Shown here in pieces: positions 57,123 to 64,000 of a stretch of DNA of 64,000 nt. Position 1 is the stretch's first letter. The number at the start of each line of letters is the position of its first letter. The notes under the pieces were generated by a model, which was not told where the DNA came from, did not search any database, and worked only from the letters and a program-made list of their open reading frames with translations. Source of the DNA: the human T2T-CHM13v2.0 reference genome, Homo sapiens. The stretch lies in the NCBI RefSeq assembly GCF_009914755.1, contig NC_060927.1. One strand, 5' to 3'. Made by a program: the position numbers and the translations under genes.

Positions 57123-57820
57123 TGTGATGCTTAATTTTATGTGTCAACTTTACTTGGATACTGAGTTCCCACATATTTGGTTACACATTATTTCTCCATT
57201 TGTCTGTGATAGTATTTCTGGATGATACTAGCACTTCTATCAGGGGACTGACTAAAACATATTGTCCTCCCGGATGTAAGTGGGTATCATGCAATCCACT
57301 GGAGGCCTAAATAGAACAAAAGGTGGGATAAGGGAAAACTCAGATTCTCTTCCTGTTTTTTTTAGGCTGGGTCATTGGCCTTATCCCGCACCGAAGTTGA
57401 AACTTACACCATCTGTTCACATCATCAGTTCTTCTGGTTCTCATGCTTTTGAACTTCAACTGGCACAATTCCACTGGCTCTCCTTAGTCTCCAGGTTGCA
57501 GATGGCAGATTATAAATCTCCTTAGCCTCCACCTTTATGTGAGCCAATTGATATATATATTAGCCAATTAATATATTATATATTAATATAGTAGTATATT
57601 ATATATTAATTATATGAAATATATATTAGCCTCCATATTTATGCCAATTGATATATATAAGCCAATTAATATATATTAATATATTACATATGATATATTT
57701 ATTAATGATTAACCGTATTAAAATTATAACGATATAATATTAATTATATTAATATTAATTAATATATTTAATATGTTCCTTCTTGTTGGTTATCTTTTTC
57801 TGTAGAATCCTAACTATTAC
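57123..57820 (+). mobile_element. MLT2B-like 3' LTR of the ERV-L, with an AT-rich expansion at 57540-57775
   Basis: tgtgatgcttaattttatgtgtcaactt start; tagaatcctaactattac end. Confidence 0.85.
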
Positions 57821-57829
57821 TGACACCTC

Positions 57830-58003
57830 TTTGAGGACAAAGGAAGTAGCTTTCTGCAAGCCAAAAAGACCTCAGAAAAACAACAAATCTTCCAAACTCT
57901 TGATTTTGACTTTTTGCCTCCAGAATTGTGAAGAAATAAATATCTGTTATTTAAGTAGGCTAGTGTCTGGTATTATGTTATGGCAGCCCTAGTAAACTAA
58001 TAT
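57830..58003 (+). mobile_element. MLT1A/B 3' fragment
   Basis: gcctccagaattgtgaagaaataaat...atggcagccctagtaaactaata. Confidence 0.75.
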
Positions 58004-58302
58004 AGGTGTTCATAACCATAGGAATAAACAAAGGAGCCAGACCTGGGTAGCATACAAACGACTTGAAAGAACGTGGAGTGAGTAGTAAGTGACTTTCCCA
58101 GGCCATAGTAGGGCCCTTCTTCTCTTTCAATCATATAATTAGTTTTTCAGGCATTGTTAGCGAGCTACATGAATAAGTAGACCCAGCAGACATTCATTCT
58201 TGAGACTGTATTCCCCCAAAAGACTGAATATATGGGCAGCAAACCTCAATGAAGAGAATATTGAAATAAGGCTACTCCTATCTGTTCCACACATCACACA
58301 TA

Positions 58303-59241
<939 letters not shown>

Positions 59242-59665
59242 TATTAAATATAATGTGGAGAAACTGTATTCTATTTGTTGATAGAACAAATTTTAGAGCT
59301 ATACTTCCTGAGTTCAAAATCCAATTGTGCTATATAATAATCATGCAATCTTGAGCAACCTACTTAAATTTAATGACTTCTGTTTCCTCAACAGTAACAT
59401 ACACATTATAGTAGTACACATTATAATGGTATAATAGTACACATTATAATAGTATTATACAATTAATATATTATACATATAAACACCTACAGCAATATGG
59501 AAGGTGTATATGTATATACACCTTCCATATATGTATATATATAGAGAGAGAGAGACAGAGAGAGAGGAGAGAGCTTAGCGCAATATGTAGCACATAGCAC
59601 TATATATATTTTGGCTATTTTATTATTAGCCAGAATAGAAATATGCTGAAGCAAGCGATAAAATT

Positions 59666-60063
59666 TCTTTTATTATTATACTTTAAGTTTTAGGGTATAT
59701 GTGCACAACGTGCAGGTTTGTTACATATGTATGCATGTGCCATGTTGGTGCGCTGCACCCATTAACTCTTCATTTAACATTAGGTATCTCCTAATGCTAT
59801 CCCTCCCCACTCCCCACACCCCACAACAGGCCCCAGTGTGTGATGTTCCCCTTCCTGTGTCGATGTGTTCTCATTGTTCAATTCCCACCTGTGAGTGAGA
59901 ACATGCGGTGTTTGGTTTTTTGTCCTTAAGCGATAGTTTGCTGAGAATGATGGTTTCCAGCTTCATCCATGTCCCTACAAAGGACATGAACTCATCATTT
60001 TTTATGGATGCATAGTATTCCATGGTGTATATGTGCCACATTTTCTTAATCAAGTCTATCATT
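59666..60063 (-). mobile_element. Short young L1 (L1PA4-like) 3' end
   Basis: ttattatactttaagttttagggta 3' UTR; ORF2 C-terminal peptide in ORF 59871..60062. Confidence 0.92.
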
Positions 60064-61044
60064 TTATTAAGTTTTCCTGCCCTGCTCTTGGTCCCAGAGC
60101 TCTTCCATAAGTCCCTATTTATCCATTTCTTCTCCAGTGTTTTGACTCCCTTACCTAATTGCCAATTAATATTTTCTAATGTGTGCTAGTTAAGTAACTG
60201 TTTCTCAATTTACATCAAGACTTACATTGTACTAGGGTGGGAGGTGGCATTTAAACACCAACAAAACAGCAATGACTTAAAAGAATACATTTCTCATGCA
60301 TGAATACAACACCTAATAATAGGTCTGTGCAATATTTTGAAGTAATATTTTATTTACATACTCATGATATTTATTTGATTTTTATTAGTGACAAGAAAAT
60401 TATAATGATGAATGATTACCTTTAGTAGACTATGGTTGCTTAAAATAATTTTATATATACTAATTTATTAAAAAAATTATCTGGCCCCATCAATGGAAAA
60501 AGGGGCATGAAAATAAGATTTACAGGACAATCAAATTGATTTACAATTTATGTTGAACATTATTAGTTATCTGACTGGTGAGGAATGCCTTATGAAATCT
60601 TTCATTTTAAAGTTATTATTAATTGAAAAATAAAAATATAACAATGATAAAAAAGAAAATATGACATAAGTAGTGACAAACATGTAGTTGAAAAATAGAG
60701 AAATTGCAAATCACAACACCCAGAATCTAAAGATAATTCCCCAAATAATTTTCTCTGTGACCTTGTGAAAAATCTCAAAATTATTGTGGGATTCTTCACA
60801 CTTAACAACAACAAAGGTTGAAAACTCAGATATTAATTCTCTGTGACTAAGAACTAATATCTGCATTAGCTTCATTGGTAAATTTATAATAAAGGCCAGT
60901 CTTTTTTTTTTCTATTTTGATCCGTAAACCAGATAAGCCTGAGTGAACTATTTTTATAATAGGTAACATTCTAATGTGAATTTATAATTTTAAAATGTTT
61001 TCGTATCTGATATATTATTTAATTTTCACATATACAATGTGATA

Positions 61045-61195
61045 AATAAGGCAGTAATTGTTATTCCCACATTATCAATGGAATAAGGGTGATTCAGGGA
61101 AGTTAAGTAACTTGCAAAGAAGCATACAGTTAATGAGTCTTAGCAACACGACTTAACTTTAGACTTCCGTGTTTGCTTTTCCAGCACATCATGCT
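61045..61195 (-). mobile_element. MIR fragment
   Basis: ttattcccacatt...gaagttaagtaacttgcaaag. Confidence 0.65.
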
Positions 61196-61290
61196 ACCAT
61201 TTTCGTGTTATTTTCACTATAACGTACACTAAAACTTCTATACTTTTAAACATTTAGAGAAAATAAGACAGGGATAACACACAAAAAAAT

Positions 61291-61464
61291 TGTTTCCAAC
61301 ATGGACTGGTTCAGCCCTCCTTAGGCAAGCTGGTGGTGTTCACTCCCAGGAAGTCACCATATTGATTCTGAACTTAGTGCAAACACCTACAGGCTTAGCA
61401 CAAAATAGCCAAGAACTCCTGGGCTCAAGTGATCCTCTTGCCTCAGCCTCGTGAGTACTTGAGA
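61291..61464 (-). pseudogene. 7SL (SRP RNA) pseudogene fragment including the S domain
   Basis: ccctccttaggcaagctggtgg..gtcaccatattgattctgaacttagtgc..gaactcctgggctcaag is the reverse complement of the 7SL S-domain, which Alus lack. Confidence 0.9.
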
Positions 61465-62707
61465 CAGACATTTTTCAAAATAAAACATAAGAAATGGCCA
61501 AAAGGCATATGAATAAATTCTCAACATTACTAATCATCAGAGAAATGCAAATTAAAACCACTATGAAATACCTTCTGACACCTGTCAGAAAGGCCAATGT
61601 TAAAAGACAAAAAAAAAAAAAGTTGTTGGCAAGGATGCAAAGAAAATAGAACACTTGGCCGGGAGCAGTGGCTCATGCTTGTAATCCCAACACTTTGGGA
61701 GGCTGAGGCAGGCAGATCACAAGGTCAGGAGTTCAAGACCAGTCTGACGAACATGGTGAAACCCTGTCCCTATTAAAAATACAAAAAGTAGCTGGGTGTG
61801 GTGGCGTGCACCTGTAATCCCAGGTACTCAGGAGGCTGAGGCAGGAGAATTGCTTGAACCCGGGAGGCAGAAGTTGCAGTGAGCCAAGATTGCATCTGGG
61901 CCACAGAGTGAGGCTCTGTCTTAGCAACAACAACAACAAAAGAAAATAGAACACTTCTGCTCTTGTGGATGTGAATGCAAATTAGTACAACCTCTATGGG
62001 AAACAGTATGGAAATTTCTCAGAGAGCTAACTGTAGAATTAACGTTCAATCTAGGAATTTCTGTCTGTCAATACTGTGTATCCACTCAAAGGAAACGAAA
62101 TCATTATATCAAAAAGATACCTACACTTGTATGCTTATTGCAGCACTAATCACAATGGCAAAGATATGGACTCAATCTAAGTGTCTGTCAACAGATGACT
62201 GGATTTTAAAATGTAATATTAAACGTTTTATATATATATTTATATTCACATATATAATTTTATTCTTTTTCACAGCTGAATAGTATTCCATTGCATATAT
62301 ATGAAATATATATAATATTCCATTGCATATATATTTATATATTGCATATATATGCAATGGAATACTATTCAGCCATGAAAAAGAATGAAATCATATTTTT
62401 GCAGCAACATGGGTGAAACTGGTGCCATTATCTTAAATGAAACCAGTCAGACACAGAAAGACATGCTCTGACTCATAAGTGGGAGCTAAATTGTGTGTAT
62501 GCATAGATGTAGAGTGTGAAGTGATAGACAGTGGAGACTTGGAAGGGTGAGGGCCTAGAAGGGGAGTAGATGATGAGAAATTACTTAATGGGTACAGTGT
62601 ATATTATTGAGGTAATGGAAACCTTAAAAGCCCTGACTTCACCTCTATGTAATATATACATGTAACAAAATTGTACTTGTATCCCATAAATTTATACAAA
62701 TAAAAAA
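61465..62707 (+). mobile_element. L1PB4-like 3' fragment interrupted by an Alu
   Basis: gatgatgagaaattacttaatgggtac...tatcccataaatttatacaaataaaaaa. Confidence 0.88.
61657..61938 (+). mobile_element. AluSg-like inserted in the L1PB4
   Basis: 18-bp TSD aaagaaaatagaacactt at 61639-61656 and 61939-61956. Confidence 0.93.
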
Positions 62708-64000
62708 TTGTGGTCAGACCTGAGTAACACAATATTGTACACTGTCCTTCCCATTTGAGTGGTTCTAAGAGTAATAAATGTACTAGTCAAAATGACTCAA
62801 GGTGAATTTTAATAATTAGTTTAATTAGATATTCATGAAAATTCAATAGTTACTTGAAAATTTTGGTTTTTACAACAATTTGAAGTAATTCCAAAGATTC
62901 CAGGCCCCATATTTTAAATTATCTTCGTTTTTTCTTTGAGAAATAAAAAATATCTAGGTCTAAGAGGTGTCTCCATGTTGACCTTGCAACAAGAATAAAG
63001 GTAATAGCTTTAAAAATATAATTAGGTGATCAATAGAGTACTTGAATAGCATATTTCTTCTTGTATCATCTTTAATTTCTCAGTATTTATATCTGGGTCG
63101 TAATTTACACCATTGCAAGCTAAGGTTTAGAGGTGCTGATAGAACTTATGCCATTTTCTTATCTTACCACTATAAAAACTTTTGCTTTCAGTGGGACAAG
63201 TTGTCATGAAATCTTTTAATTCCATTGATCAGAGTTCAAAAGAGAGACAAAAGATCTGCAGCACAGTAACAATTGACAGAGTATAACTTCAGCATTAACT
63301 GTATGCATTAAGAATAACATTCCTAAACACAAGCAAAAAATACAGCATGTATCAAGCTTTATTTCTAATTATATATGTGATTTAGAACAAATAATTTAAC
63401 CTCTCTCTTCTTTTGTCTCTATTAATTTATACTCTATGAAGCATTTTTGTGCCTTAGCATATTTCCACGGTAAAGTAATGTTAAAGAAAAAAAGAAAGAG
63501 TCATCTGGAAAAGGATAATGATATAGCAATTGTCAAACAGTTTGAATTTTTTGGAAGAAAAATATGAAGCAATTTGAAGCATTATTATTTAATGAAAGCA
63601 GCTATATCTCTATCTCACATTCACATGAACATAACTGTATAAATTATAAATGAATCTTTTTGCTTTGAATAGAAAAAGGAGGGTGAAAATTGTCATTCGT
63701 CAATAACTTGGTATGTCAAAAATAAAGAAACTAGCGTTATCTACTAGTTTAAAAAGCAAATCAACCTAATGGTAAAATATCCTTCTTTCAATGATATGAA
63801 AAATGTTTATTTTACTGATTATTTGGCTCCCTGTCTTTTTATTGTTAATGTAAATGTTAATTTAAAACTGTTCATCAATATTTTTTATCTTTCCTGTCTT
63901 GAAATAATATCATTGTTTCCCCACACCCTAACTTGAATAGAGATCTTTTGTCATAGATATGATAGCATTATTTTTCATATTTCTTATTAGGTCTTTCCAC

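Overview
AT-rich primate (hominoid-type) nuclear DNA, either a gene desert or a deep intron. I find no credible protein-coding exon: every long ORF lies in a repeat. The window is dominated by interspersed repeats: a rearranged Tigger1 carrying two nested ERV1 LTRs, a cluster of THE1 elements (one full-length), several MLT1/MLT2 and ERV1 LTRs, an ERV-L remnant, about 10 Alus, L1PA/PB/M fragments, L2 and MIR. Repeat families were assigned by comparison with consensus sequences recalled from memory, so subfamily names need RepeatMasker/Dfam confirmation. Highlights: (1) an ancient LF-SINE at ~53075-53337, a family known for exaptation as enhancers and exons; (2) a young, homogeneous, CpG-rich 20/16-bp VNTR inside an LTR1-type LTR (38971-39198) in which every unit builds an overlapping HIF-type ACGTG and MTF1-type TGCGCTC motif; (3) an apparent single-event chimera of an inverted 7SL RNA fragment and an L1PB4 sharing one target-site duplication (61284-62711); (4) several template-switch scars (inversion plus duplication in Tigger1, fold-back palindromes at TA tracts); (5) three young L1PA4-like copies sharing non-consensus variants, hinting at a lineage-specific L1 subfamily and possibly a non-human ape source.
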